From a virus (lineage: Duplodnaviria > Caudoviricetes), in the IMG/VR virus record IMGVR_UViG_3300020436_000015, positions 1-55,142 of that record: a stretch of DNA of 55,142 nucleotides. One strand, given 5' to 3'. Below the pieces are notes generated by a model. The model did no database searches, had not been told where the DNA came from, and saw nothing but the letters and a program-made list of their open reading frames with translations. Position 1 is the stretch's first letter. Every line of letters starts with the position of its first letter. Shown here piece by piece: positions 18,496 through 28,016 of the stretch. Both the position numbers and the translations under genes were made by a program.

Positions 18496-19368
18496 TTACG
18501 TTCGCTTCTTGATGCGAGTAATTAAAAATCCGCGATTTATGTTCCCGCTCGTCGCCTGCATTTGAAAACCATGGGAGGCCGTTGCTGGCGGCTGGCTGTT
18601 TGAGTAGTTGTCCCATTGGGTTCGTTCGCCGTTGTATGCGTTATAGCTGGTGTTTTGTTGGTAACCGTAGGTTCCATGAACCGAGTAATTACCATAAGTA
18701 GCATCTTTAAAGATGTACCAATCCAGCGTACCTGTGAGGCCAGAGCCGTATGAATAATCTGTCTGGGCCATGGGCTGATAGTTGGGTATTTCCCACCAAC
18801 CATTATTGCTGTTGTGACCTTGGTTGTCTGAGTCAGAACCCCAGTAGTTGTAGTTCGTCGTGTATCCAAGGTAGCCGCTCGTAATGTTGCCGCTAGAGTT
18901 TCTTCCGTAGAACCGAAGTTTTCCCGAGCTACTGGTAGAAACGCCTAGAAGAGAAATTTGAACTTGGGCAATATCGGTATCTGCAATCCCAGAGACAACA
19001 TCTGTCCAGTTTACTGTGATTGTGCTCGCATTGGCGGTTGTGCAGTTCACAACATAAGCGCCATCCCAACCGCCAACACTGAGGGTTGACCAAGTGGCGG
19101 CTCCAGCACCGTCTGAAGTGAGCACCTGATTGGCGGTTCCTGTCGAAGCAGGCACAGCAAAGCTGGATGCCTGTAGTACGTTGGAGCCATTAGAGGTTAA
19201 AAATTTGTTAGCGCCGGGATCGGATGCTGGAAGTGATAGGGGTGAAAATGCCAGTGTGCCAGAAGCATTGGAGACCAAGGGCTGATTGGCAGTAGACGCA
19301 TCCGAAGCGGGTAGCGTGAGTGCCGTGCCTCCATTTTTCTGTACCTGATCTACAATGATCTTACTCAC
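18496..19368 (-). CDS. Tail fibre protein, 290 aa
   Basis: LTLPASD..NQPLVSNASGTLAF and QVLTSDGAGAATW repeats, followed by the chaperone gene. Confidence 0.8.
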   Translation of the reverse strand: MSKIIVDQVQKNGGTALTLPASDASTANQPLVSNASGTLAFSPLSLPASDPGANKFLTSNGSNVLQASSFAVPASTGTANQVLTSDGAGAATWSTLSVGGWDGAYVVNCTTANASTITVNWTDVVSGIADTDIAQVQISLLGVSTSSSGKLRFYGRNSSGNITSGYLGYTTNYNYWGSDSDNQGHNSNNGWWEIPNYQPMAQTDYSYGSGLTGTLDWYIFKDATYGNYSVHGTYGYQQNTSYNAYNGERTQWDNYSNSQPPATASHGFQMQATSGNINRGFLITRIKKRT

Positions 19369-19408
19369 AATTACTCTCCTGTTTCAGTTTGGAGCGGGAG
19401 TTATCCCA

Positions 19409-19440
19409 AGGATAAGTGGATTTCATAGGGATTGTCGTCC
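19409..19440 (-). promoter_or_regulatory. Putative late promoter GGACGAC-N19-TATCCT
   Basis: Intergenic, upstream of the tail fibre gene at 19368. Confidence 0.65.
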
Positions 19441-19451
19441 CTGCTCTAACA

Positions 19452-20123
19452 TTAAGTTGAGATGCCGCCATCGTTTAGCGGCGTGATTACTCGCTTAATT
19501 TTATAGACTTCAAAAATCATTTGCCCGTGACCATTGGGCGCTCTCCAGTTATCGAGGCCGTATGCCCTTATGTTTATTGAAGTCCACGGATTATTGGTGA
19601 ACCCAGTAGAGCCGCCTTCTGCTCCCATGCTAGGCACGTTGCCAGAAGATGTGACCTCATGGAACCAGCTAATGTATTTGTTTTCTACCGCGTCCAAGTA
19701 AATTTCGGCTGTTACAGTCGCCCAGCGGCCATTGGTGTAGCCTGACACAACTGTGCTTCCTCCATTCCAAGGAATACCATTGTTGCTGTTGGACTGAGAA
19801 GTAGTTGCGCTACCGCCACGCTGATGGCGGTTGTACCAGTAATGACTGCCGCCTCCCGGCATGTGCCAAGCTAAGTCAGAGTCGCCGTTAAAGCCGGGGT
19901 TTCTAATTCTTACCTTGTAGCCAGCAGTCTCAGTGAAATTTATGTTGTCGTCTATCAGTATGTCGCCTAGGTTGGGTGTCGAGGCGCTGGTAAAAACGTA
20001 ACGTCTGATAAGATTTTCAACACCATTTTTGTCGTTGTGGGCAATTATTTCGGCGGGGACATCAACAGTTGCGGCTCCTGTGGAACCGCCTGCGGCGCTG
20101 TTTAGGGTAATAGTTCTCGGCAT
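19452..20123 (-). CDS. Putative tail-associated protein, 223 aa
   Basis: G/S/N/W-rich beta-type ORF within the fibre cluster. Confidence 0.55.
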   Translation of the reverse strand: MPRTITLNSAAGGSTGAATVDVPAEIIAHNDKNGVENLIRRYVFTSASTPNLGDILIDDNINFTETAGYKVRIRNPGFNGDSDLAWHMPGGGSHYWYNRHQRGGSATTSQSNSNNGIPWNGGSTVVSGYTNGRWATVTAEIYLDAVENKYISWFHEVTSSGNVPSMGAEGGSTGFTNNPWTSINIRAYGLDNWRAPNGHGQMIFEVYKIKRVITPLNDGGIST

Positions 20124-20132
20124 ATTAATTAC

Positions 20133-21746
20133 CTACAGAGAAACCGCTAGCACGTTGCAAGCAACGCTGGCCGTGGGATGGTGGTTATTGACGTATAAAC
20201 AATCCCCAGCAGGAACAATTATTGCCGTTCTCTCAAAATTGCCTGCGGTTGTTTTGTTTTCCAGTGTGCCTGCGCTCGGAACAGCACTCCACCCATCCTC
20301 TAACCTTTTCGTTACAGAGCTTGATTTTCCGTAATACCTGACCTGATTGTTTAGCGTCAAACTTCCTATTTCGTTAAGCATTGTATAACCAGTTGGCGCG
20401 AAAGTATCAAAAGCACTTAGCTCTTTCCAGTTTATGATGTCGTTAGAAAAATACACTGTTCCAGAGGTCGATTTGCAAACCCATATTTTGTAGCCGACAC
20501 AAATTGGTCTGGTTGTAAACTCGCCTTGAGGTATTCCGTTAGAGCCACTGTTTGTTGAAACAACAGTAAAGGCATTACCCCAGCTAGTGCTTTTTGGGTA
20601 GTCGGTGTCTCCGGTTGTAACTCTGCCGGTCACGTTTCCTGCCACCCTAGTGCCTTTGTGGTACTGCACAAGGCCATCTACGTCATTTCCTGCTGTAGAG
20701 CCAACAAACCTGATGTAGTATTTTTGCTCCCAAGGGTTGTAGACCAGATAATTCGCATTGTTTTCGTTTTGTGTTGCACGAATCCTTACAGGGCTGTAAC
20801 TACTGTTTATCAAGTCTTCAATGTTTGTGGTGGTTACAGTAGAGCTTCCAGCGTATCTGGTGTCTCCCAGAACACCTGTGGTATCAAACAGGCGGTAGTA
20901 TCCGCCACTGTACCGAGAAGCGTTATACAAATAGATTCCGTGACTTCCGCTCCACCACCATCCTGACGTACCAGAGGGTGCTCCGCTTGAGCTACTAATA
21001 TCAGGAATGTAGTTATTGGGGTTTGCACCGCTAAATGATGCGTAAATCCAACCGTTGGACGATCTATTCTGGTTGTGAGCGTTTGCATTGTTGTAGGGGT
21101 ACGTCATGGTCGAATAACCGTTCGACTGAAAGCTCACCGTAAAACCATAATATGGGCAGTGCATTGTCCCGCCATTACTGTTGTCGTAATAGGATGGGTT
21201 GTAGTTGGCGGTGGCGGCTGGGCTAACGGTGTTTGGAGTACCAGATAACATCGTTTGCCAATCAGCATTGCTATAGCCAGAGATGTCTGAAAAGTGATAT
21301 ACAGTTCCTCCAGAATTTTTTATGGAGGCCATGTACGTCCAATCCGAACCCATGCCCGCCTCTTCTGGGTGCGCAATGAAATACGGATCAAAAGGGTAGC
21401 TGTTGTTGTACCCGCTCGTCTCGTAATCACTGCCGTTGGCTCCCCTTATATTTCTTCCCCCAAGGCTCCCCTTGGTGCTAGTGTCGCCAAATGTCGGGGT
21501 AAATGCAGAATTTGTAAATCCCAGCCAAAAGCCATTGTTCACTAGTTGACTAACAGAAGAGTCATCTACTTCATAATCAAAAGCATAGCTTTGAGTGTTG
21601 TCTATTTTTACGCTGACTTGCGGGTTGGCGGTGGAGTCTTCGCTAACAAGTGAAAGCGTTACCACAACAGCGTTGGTTCCGGTGTTGGTATAAGCCTTGA
21701 CCTTTCTGGTCGGAGCTATTGATGTTGATGTTCGAGTCGCTGACAT
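20133..21746 (-). CDS. Putative tail spike/receptor-binding protein, 537 aa
   Basis: S/T/N/G/Y-rich. The N- and C-termini resemble a split small beta domain around a large insert. GGAG RBS. Confidence 0.6.
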   Translation of the reverse strand: MSATRTSTSIAPTRKVKAYTNTGTNAVVVTLSLVSEDSTANPQVSVKIDNTQSYAFDYEVDDSSVSQLVNNGFWLGFTNSAFTPTFGDTSTKGSLGGRNIRGANGSDYETSGYNNSYPFDPYFIAHPEEAGMGSDWTYMASIKNSGGTVYHFSDISGYSNADWQTMLSGTPNTVSPAATANYNPSYYDNSNGGTMHCPYYGFTVSFQSNGYSTMTYPYNNANAHNQNRSSNGWIYASFSGANPNNYIPDISSSSGAPSGTSGWWWSGSHGIYLYNASRYSGGYYRLFDTTGVLGDTRYAGSSTVTTTNIEDLINSSYSPVRIRATQNENNANYLVYNPWEQKYYIRFVGSTAGNDVDGLVQYHKGTRVAGNVTGRVTTGDTDYPKSTSWGNAFTVVSTNSGSNGIPQGEFTTRPICVGYKIWVCKSTSGTVYFSNDIINWKELSAFDTFAPTGYTMLNEIGSLTLNNQVRYYGKSSSVTKRLEDGWSAVPSAGTLENKTTAGNFERTAIIVPAGDCLYVNNHHPTASVACNVLAVSL

Positions 21747-21755
21747 TTCTATCTC

Positions 21756-22844
21756 CTAGCGAATTGATCCGAAGTAGAGCATCTCGCCACTGCTCCTTAC
21801 AAGGTCTGTAGAAGTTCCTGCCGCTGGCGCAGTGTCTACACCTTGGACTATGCTACCACTCGTTAATGTAATGGTTATGCCATCTGCTACGTGCGCTGAT
21901 TGGTAGAAAACGTGGTTGTTCACGTTCTCTGTTACAGCAAACGTGCTAGATGTGCCAGCTATGCTGGCAACTTCTGTTACATGCAGAGTTTTAAAAGGGA
22001 AGACCTGTGCGCCATTCGCGGGGACGGTGTAATTGTTTTCAATCGCCTCATACTCGCCATCAACAACAAGCGGGTTGGCGGCGCTGTCTGCAACGCTGAA
22101 CTTGGACGTACCGCCTCCGCTAGAAACACTGCCAAACGAAAGTGTGCCTGCTCCGTCTGTCTTCAGAACCTTGCCTGCGCTGTCATCAGCGGTGGGCAGG
22201 GTAAAGGCAGAGACAAAAGATGCGAGGTTAGAGTCTAGGTTGGACAGGGCTGTTGCGGCATTTGCTAGGTCAGACAGGTTGTTGGCGGCAACCAATGCCC
22301 CGCTAGCGTCGAACACTGCGGTTTGCCAAGATGTTCCGTTATAGACTCGCAGGGCGTTGTCTGTAGTATTGAAGTACAGAGTGCCTGCCGCGAAAGAACC
22401 CGAAGGGTTCGAGGCAAACGGCCCCAAAAATATCTGAGTGAAGCTGTTTATCTGCGTTTGGGCGGCAGTTGCTACTGTTTCGCTAGCAGAGGCAGAAGTT
22501 GCAGACGCGGCGGCGGCTGTGGCTGAGTTAGCGGCGGCTGTGGCTGAATTGCTTGCTAGGTCTGCAATGTCACTTAGGTCGTTTGTGTTCCATTGAACCC
22601 AGCCCGTGTCATAGGAAGTGCCTTGTCCTATACGGTACTGGTAAATACCTGCGTTAGTTGAAAGCTCACGCAGTTGGAAAACAGTAGTTTTGTAGTTGCC
22701 GCTACTGTCGAACAGATCACCGATCATGTCACTGAGTTGGCGCGTGCCTTTCTCAGTGTTCTCCATGTACGTGTCTAGGTTGTGCTCTCCTGTTTTAGAG
22801 CTAACAAACCTAATCTGTTCACTGGCGGGTCTTGTTTCAGCCAT
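21756..22844 (-). CDS. Tail fibre-like structural protein, 362 aa
   Basis: A/S/T coiled stretch, GTLYFNTTDNALRVYNGTSW, ANNLSDLANAATALSNL and VLKTDGAGTLSF motifs. Confidence 0.75.
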   Translation of the reverse strand: MAETRPASEQIRFVSSKTGEHNLDTYMENTEKGTRQLSDMIGDLFDSSGNYKTTVFQLRELSTNAGIYQYRIGQGTSYDTGWVQWNTNDLSDIADLASNSATAAANSATAAAASATSASASETVATAAQTQINSFTQIFLGPFASNPSGSFAAGTLYFNTTDNALRVYNGTSWQTAVFDASGALVAANNLSDLANAATALSNLDSNLASFVSAFTLPTADDSAGKVLKTDGAGTLSFGSVSSGGGTSKFSVADSAANPLVVDGEYEAIENNYTVPANGAQVFPFKTLHVTEVASIAGTSSTFAVTENVNNHVFYQSAHVADGITITLTSGSIVQGVDTAPAAGTSTDLVRSSGEMLYFGSIR

Positions 22845-22869
22845 CTACGTCTTCTCCGATAAGAGACAT

Positions 22870-22900
22870 ATCATGTACTATTTTTTTACTGGGGTCGTCC
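22870..22900 (-). promoter_or_regulatory. Putative late promoter GGACGAC-N18-CATGAT
   Basis: Motif in the last codons of the portal gene, upstream of the 22844 start. The -10 match is weaker than in the other copies. Confidence 0.45.
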
Positions 22901-24868
22901 ACGCGCCTGACGAGCTTCAGAAAGAGGAATTAGATTCCCTCTGTCTACTTCTTGCTGGACTTGCTCATTAGGTTGTACGGATGCACCGCGCATCTTTTCC
23001 ATCATTGCTAGCTGTTGGCTCGGGGACGGGCCGTTAGCACGCATCTCTTCCTCAGAGACACGGAACCTGTCTAAGTCTGTAATACCCATGGCGCGTATGG
23101 CTTCTTCTGCAATCTGACCAGCGTTGTACTCCATGTTGAGTCCTGTCTGATTCATGATCTGAAGCATGTTCATCCACGTTTCTGCGTTACGGGTCGGCTC
23201 TAGCGGGAGAGTTCCGTCGATTACTAGGTAGTCGATTTCGCCCTGTAGGTCTTTGCTGACGTTGTAATCTAAGTATCCGTCGTCAACCATTTCGCTTAGC
23301 TGTGTAGGCATTTTGTCTCTGTCTATGCGGATAGAGCCGTTCATGTCGAGAGAGTCTTGTATGTTGGCAACCATCATCCTGACCATTGGGCGGATAGTGG
23401 TTGACGACATGATGCGTGCGATGACGCCTAGGCGCTGTGAGCCTAGCTGTGTAAGGCGCTGAATCTCAGTGGCCGTCCGTATGCCATCAGATGTTGGCAT
23501 GCCCTGTTGGGCGTCGGAGGCCGCTGAGACGCGCTGTTTGAGGCCGGACATTACTTCGATGTCGGTTAAATGGCCTCTAGTTACGTCAGGCACTTGTGCT
23601 ATAAACACGCCATCCCCCGGCTTGACGCCGGGAAGTGTCCTGACAATCCCCCAAGGATTCCTGTCTATCAGGTCTGGAATGCTGACCTGAGTTGGATCGG
23701 CAAAGATCAGGTTGTTCAGTGCCGCTGATATATTGTCGATACGGCTACGCATCAGGAATGTGGCGACATCGTGCATTGGCAGGATGAGGTCGTACAGTGA
23801 TTGGCCGTATGTCTTGTGGCTGTCTTGGTATAGACCACCAATTACGGCTGGGAACTGCCTGCCGTATGGGTTTAGCTGGAAGCGTATGACTACGTTCTCG
23901 TCTAGGATTGTGACGACTAGGAATATCTGGTCTATGGTCGGAATGCCGATCTCATGTCCAGAAAGTCGAACCCACGCCTCATCTACGACTCGCGCGTCAC
24001 CCAGAGTAAAGTAGCTGTGATCCATTCGCTCGCGCTGGAGGGGAGAAGCTGGGTCTATTGACAGTCCGCGACCTTCTTCTTTGTGCCACTTGTGGGCGTT
24101 CCATGCATTGCGAGGCGGACTCATCTTGTGGCGCAGAGCCTTATTGTCTCTAAGCTTGGGGTAGAGGCCGCTATACAGGAGCGAGTTGTAGGATTGATAG
24201 TTTGTGAAAACGATGTACTGCATGCTCTCCCAATCGCCCCATGTCACACGGGGGTCTGGGAAACAGCGGCGTGGATCGAAGTTCACAAGTTTGTTCTGGT
24301 TGCTTTGGTTGTCCCAAATTACTTTTGTTGGGGCAAAGCCGTAGCGGATGCTGTCCATAAGCATCTGGGCTAGTCGCGCCTCACCTGCGGTTCTGCGCAT
24401 CTGCTGGTGCAAGACACGCTCTAGGATCAGGGAGGCTTTGCGAGACTGTCGGTCTAGACCCTCAAGCTGGAACATCGGGTTCCTGCCGCCAAGCGCGGCC
24501 ATGAGGTAAGTCAGAACGGTGTCTGCTATGGCGCGGGTGTCGGCCATGACCGCTTTCTCACGGAAGTCTGTGGTGTCCGGTGGGACGTAGACATCGTGAG
24601 CGCGGTCGGCTTCTTTCCAGTGGTCGTAGCGTTTGCGAATCTTAAAGTAGGACATATCGACCATAGACTTAACGTAGTCTACGATCCGACGCTCTTCGTT
24701 CTCCGTGAGCATTCCAGATATGTCTTCGTAATTGATTAGCTGGTTCGCGTACCTAGACAGGTCTACGATCATCCCCTCGTTGGGTACAGATGACGCAACG
24801 TACTCCGCGCTGTTATACGAGGAGCCTGATGGGAGTGATGGTGTATTTTTTGGGCCTGAAGTCGCCAT
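22886..24868 (-). CDS. Portal protein, 660 aa
   Basis: Follows terL. MDSIRYGFAPTKV, FDPRRCFPDP, YGQSLYDLILPM and RTATEIQRL motifs of P22/T7-like portals. Confidence 0.9.
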   Translation of the reverse strand: MATSGPKNTPSLPSGSSYNSAEYVASSVPNEGMIVDLSRYANQLINYEDISGMLTENEERRIVDYVKSMVDMSYFKIRKRYDHWKEADRAHDVYVPPDTTDFREKAVMADTRAIADTVLTYLMAALGGRNPMFQLEGLDRQSRKASLILERVLHQQMRRTAGEARLAQMLMDSIRYGFAPTKVIWDNQSNQNKLVNFDPRRCFPDPRVTWGDWESMQYIVFTNYQSYNSLLYSGLYPKLRDNKALRHKMSPPRNAWNAHKWHKEEGRGLSIDPASPLQRERMDHSYFTLGDARVVDEAWVRLSGHEIGIPTIDQIFLVVTILDENVVIRFQLNPYGRQFPAVIGGLYQDSHKTYGQSLYDLILPMHDVATFLMRSRIDNISAALNNLIFADPTQVSIPDLIDRNPWGIVRTLPGVKPGDGVFIAQVPDVTRGHLTDIEVMSGLKQRVSAASDAQQGMPTSDGIRTATEIQRLTQLGSQRLGVIARIMSSTTIRPMVRMMVANIQDSLDMNGSIRIDRDKMPTQLSEMVDDGYLDYNVSKDLQGEIDYLVIDGTLPLEPTRNAETWMNMLQIMNQTGLNMEYNAGQIAEEAIRAMGITDLDRFRVSEEEMRANGPSPSQQLAMMEKMRGASVQPNEQVQQEVDRGNLIPLSEARQARGRPQ

Positions 24869-24874
24869 AGCTGG

Positions 24875-24905
24875 ATATTAGTCCTGTATATAGTCTTTGT
24901 CGTCC
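24875..24905 (-). promoter_or_regulatory. Putative late promoter GGACGAC-N18-TAATAT (leaderless portal mRNA)
   Basis: Fills the terL-portal gap. The ATG lies 6 nt after the -10 hexamer and there is no SD. Confidence 0.65.
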
Positions 24906-26525
24906 TTACATCCCCCAGCCTCTCCAACTGATCCGCCCTTTCTTTACTGTCTGAAAAAGGGACTTTCCAAAGTCCCTGTCGGGATTTTGGTTGATGGACT
25001 GTGTTGGGTCTGAGTGTAGGTCGTAGGCTTCTGGAGAAACTGATGTTCGAGATAATACATCAACGGCTATGGTCATGGCGTCCACTTGGTCGTCATGGTT
25101 GCCGTTTGGGAAAGACACGCACTCGTCAGCGAAATCATCCAGCCAGACAGAGGACTCTGGCAGAAAGACACGCCCGCCTTCGATGAGTGGCAGTATGGCA
25201 TTTACCCTAGCAACTTTGTCTGTGACAACCTTGTAGGGGATGACGCTGACACCGGACTCGCGCTTGAGTTCTTGAATGAGAGATTGGCCGGAGGCTTTAT
25301 CCTCGATGTAGATTGCGCGTAGACCTCTGCCTCGCCATGCGTTGTTCAGTTGGATCATGCGCTGTTTGAGTTCTGGGAAGTCGTACTTGCCGCGCACGAT
25401 GTCCACTATGTAGATGTCGCCCGTCTTGTCCATACCTGCTACGACAAAGACAGAGTAGTCTGCTGACTCCGACTTCTTGAATGCTGTGTCAGCCGCTATG
25501 ACCAGAGTTGTGAAAGATTCTGGCTTGAGATCGTCTGGATAACTGCGCCACCAATCTGTGCGAATTAGGTTACCGCCTTGAATGTAGGGCTGTTGCTGGT
25601 ACAAGCTGGCAAACTCTCGCGGGTTCAGACGCTCTCTTCGCTTCAAGTCTTCCAGCGGGAATCGTTCCGGCCAGAGTGGTTGTTCGTTTTCTTCTGCCAC
25701 CTCTCTTTTTGCTGGAGACAAGGAGCGGTATTCGTCTGGAGACACGTAGCGTGGGTCATCTTCTGGAAGCATGCGTCGGCTTATTTTCCTGCCGTTTACT
25801 TTCTTGATGGCTGGGAAGTTGATGTGTTTCCAACGTCCTTCTTTCCAATCCTCGCTATCCATGAGTCGGCCAGCTAGGTCGTCTGGATGCCAGCGGGTCA
25901 GGATGACTATTTGTTTTGGCTGGTCGCCCTTGTTACTGGGCTGGAGTCGAGTGGCCAGTGCAGAAGTGTAGTAGTTCCACGTCTTGTTGCGCTGGGTCAG
26001 GGACTCCGCGTCCTCTCTTGACTTGATTGGATCGTCCACAAGCAGGAGGTTGGCTGGTCGGCCAGAGGTTGTACCGCCAACACCGACTGCGAAATAGGCT
26101 CCACCCGACTCTGTGCGCCACACATCTGCGGCGCGTGACTCTTGGGACAGGTTGAAGTCGGGGAATGCTTGGTTGATTAGGTTCTGCTCTACGACCGTGC
26201 GTACTTGTCTGCCAAAGTCTGTGGCTAGCTGGGCGTTATAGGAGCAGGACATGATGTACCGTTGTGGATCACGGGCCATGAAGTAGCTGGGGAACAAGAC
26301 CGTGCCGAATGTGGACTTAGCATGTCGTGGCGGCATTGTGACAAGGAGGTTATTAACACCAAGAGTGCCTTTCTCTAGGCTGTCTAACGCTTCTATTAGC
26401 TCAAGCTGGAAGTCTGCCAGCGTCCACTCTGGATACATCAGCTTTACAAAGCCAAGATACCCTTCGTTTGCGTCACGTATGCGGAGAAGGTACTGAGCTA
26501 CCTGCTTTTGGGAAACTTTGCTCAC
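24906..26525 (-). CDS. terL: Terminase large subunit, 539 aa
   Basis: Walker A MPPRHAKST, Walker B LLLVDDP, coupling motif TRWH, and RNase H-like AADTA, IEDKASG and DDQVDA. Confidence 0.97.
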   Translation of the reverse strand: MSKVSQKQVAQYLLRIRDANEGYLGFVKLMYPEWTLADFQLELIEALDSLEKGTLGVNNLLVTMPPRHAKSTFGTVLFPSYFMARDPQRYIMSCSYNAQLATDFGRQVRTVVEQNLINQAFPDFNLSQESRAADVWRTESGGAYFAVGVGGTTSGRPANLLLVDDPIKSREDAESLTQRNKTWNYYTSALATRLQPSNKGDQPKQIVILTRWHPDDLAGRLMDSEDWKEGRWKHINFPAIKKVNGRKISRRMLPEDDPRYVSPDEYRSLSPAKREVAEENEQPLWPERFPLEDLKRRERLNPREFASLYQQQPYIQGGNLIRTDWWRSYPDDLKPESFTTLVIAADTAFKKSESADYSVFVVAGMDKTGDIYIVDIVRGKYDFPELKQRMIQLNNAWRGRGLRAIYIEDKASGQSLIQELKRESGVSVIPYKVVTDKVARVNAILPLIEGGRVFLPESSVWLDDFADECVSFPNGNHDDQVDAMTIAVDVLSRTSVSPEAYDLHSDPTQSINQNPDRDFGKSLFQTVKKGRISWRGWGM

Positions 26526-26740
26526 AATGCGCCTTTTAATATGCGGCTAATGTGAAGTTCCTGCGCTTTCTCCTTGTCTTTCAGTGCTTCAGCCATGATT
26601 TTGGCTAGATGATCGCGGATTGCATCGCTTTTTCTGTGCTCTGGCACGCCGTCTAGGTTTATTTGAGACATTGCTGTGCCAAATTCAGACAGTGTGATGT
26701 TGGTTTCTAAGGCTTCTGCCTGATTATTGGTTACCTTCAA
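26522..26740 (-). CDS. Hypothetical protein, 72 aa
   Basis: Overlaps both neighbours (coupled) between terS and terL. Confidence 0.6.
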   Translation of the reverse strand: MKVTNNQAEALETNITLSEFGTAMSQINLDGVPEHRKSDAIRDHLAKIMAEALKDKEKAQELHISRILKGAL

Positions 26741-27203
26741 TGAGTATTCCCTCCTGCGCTTCTACTTCTATGCTAGAAACGCCAGCGGCAATGGCCTCTA
26801 GGTCGTCCCTTGATAGCTCTGTTAGCTGTTTTGTAGTGTGTTCGTGCTGTACAAAGGACGCATTAAGGTCTGGAACCACCTTATTTAAGAGCATTCCAAA
26901 GACTCTAGCCTGCGTGGGGTTCCATGTTATGTGGCCAAGCACCACTTGATGGGCCAAATCTATCTGATTCTTCAGATAATCGCCTATCTCTGCCCGTATT
27001 TTTGCGCTTTGGGCGGGTGTTAGTCGCTCTTTCTCTGCAAGATTCATAATTTCCCTAGCCTTTCGCGCCTCTGGCGCGATCTTTCTGCACTCCCAAGAAC
27101 AAAACTTACGCCTTTCTTTATGATAACGCTTTGTCTTGAACTGCTTTTTACACGTTTCGCAAGTGATTGTCACACTTGCTCTTTTCTTTTCGGACGTTTT
27201 CAA
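26724..27203 (-). CDS. terS: Putative terminase small subunit with N-terminal Zn finger, 159 aa
   Basis: CxxC...CSxxC N-terminus; WNPTQARVFGMLLNKVVPDL and ELSRDDLEAIA C-terminus; first gene of the late arm. Confidence 0.65.
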   Translation of the reverse strand: MKTSEKKRASVTITCETCKKQFKTKRYHKERRKFCSWECRKIAPEARKAREIMNLAEKERLTPAQSAKIRAEIGDYLKNQIDLAHQVVLGHITWNPTQARVFGMLLNKVVPDLNASFVQHEHTTKQLTELSRDDLEAIAAGVSSIEVEAQEGILIEGNQ

Positions 27204-27468
27204 AATTTGATGCGCTTAGTTAAGGGGCAGGCAAGTGACACACTGGCATCGCAAAGCGGGTCGGCGGGACGCCCCCCCCTCGTCCCATGTGTGTACGCGC
27301 GCCTCATGCGCAAACACGACGCAATCGCGCGTAACCCGCTGATTTCACACGCAAAAAATCCCCCTGTAAGGGGGATTCGACCCGTCTCTGGCCTGCCGGA
27401 CGTTTCGCGTCATGCGCTCGCATGTACGCGCTAAACGCGCGTGAGGCAAAAATTTCAATCATATCCGT

Positions 27469-27500
27469 AGGATACGGCTCTCGGCGGTCTCGTGTCGTCC
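27469..27500 (-). promoter_or_regulatory. Putative late promoter GGACGAC-N19-TATCCT for the terS-terL operon
   Basis: Same hexamer and spacing as the 19409 copy, located in the divergence between late and early arms. Confidence 0.65.
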
Positions 27501-27586
27501 CATGCGCGGCGGGCGCGCGGGCGGGCGAAAGGTACTTCTTGGGCAAGCCGACCATTCCGGTTCGGTATTCACACGAGGATACACAC

Positions 27587-28003
27587 ATGACCACGATCAC
27601 ACCCGAAGGACTCGCGCTCACGGTAATCGCTGAGCACCTCGACGCAGGTACGCTCGACGCCGCCGCAGTCATACCCGTGCTCCGTGCGCGCCTTGCCCGC
27701 GCCGCGAAAAACGGCAAAACCGACGGCTTCCGCGCGATGCGCACAGCCGCGATGCTCGAGAACCTCGAAGCGACCGGCTCGCACGATCTCACGGGCGCGA
27801 ACGCCCGCGTGCAAGCGCACTTCGCCGCGAAACGTGCCGCCGCGAAAGCATCGGCTCCCGCACCCGCGAGCGTGTCCGTGGACGCACCCGCACTCGCGCT
27901 CACGACTGCGCAAGCGCGTGAAACCACCCGCGCCACGAACTTCATCGCTGGCCTTGACGCGGACACCCGTGACGCGGTACTCGCACTGCTCACGCGCTCC
28001 TGA
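27587..28003 (+). CDS. First early gene, Ala-rich hypothetical protein, 138 aa
   Basis: GAGG RBS and ATG at 27587 (the track ORF at 27422 is over-extended), followed by a terminator. Confidence 0.75.
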   Translation: MTTITPEGLALTVIAEHLDAGTLDAAAVIPVLRARLARAAKNGKTDGFRAMRTAAMLENLEATGSHDLTGANARVQAHFAAKRAAAKASAPAPASVSVDAPALALTTAQARETTRATNFIAGLDADTRDAVLALLTRS

Positions 28004-28016
28004 TCCGCGCACACGC

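Noticed and set aside
27279-27285. GGACGAG as a seventh late promoter
   Set aside because: No TAnnnT 18-19 nt downstream; it is one arm of a hairpin.
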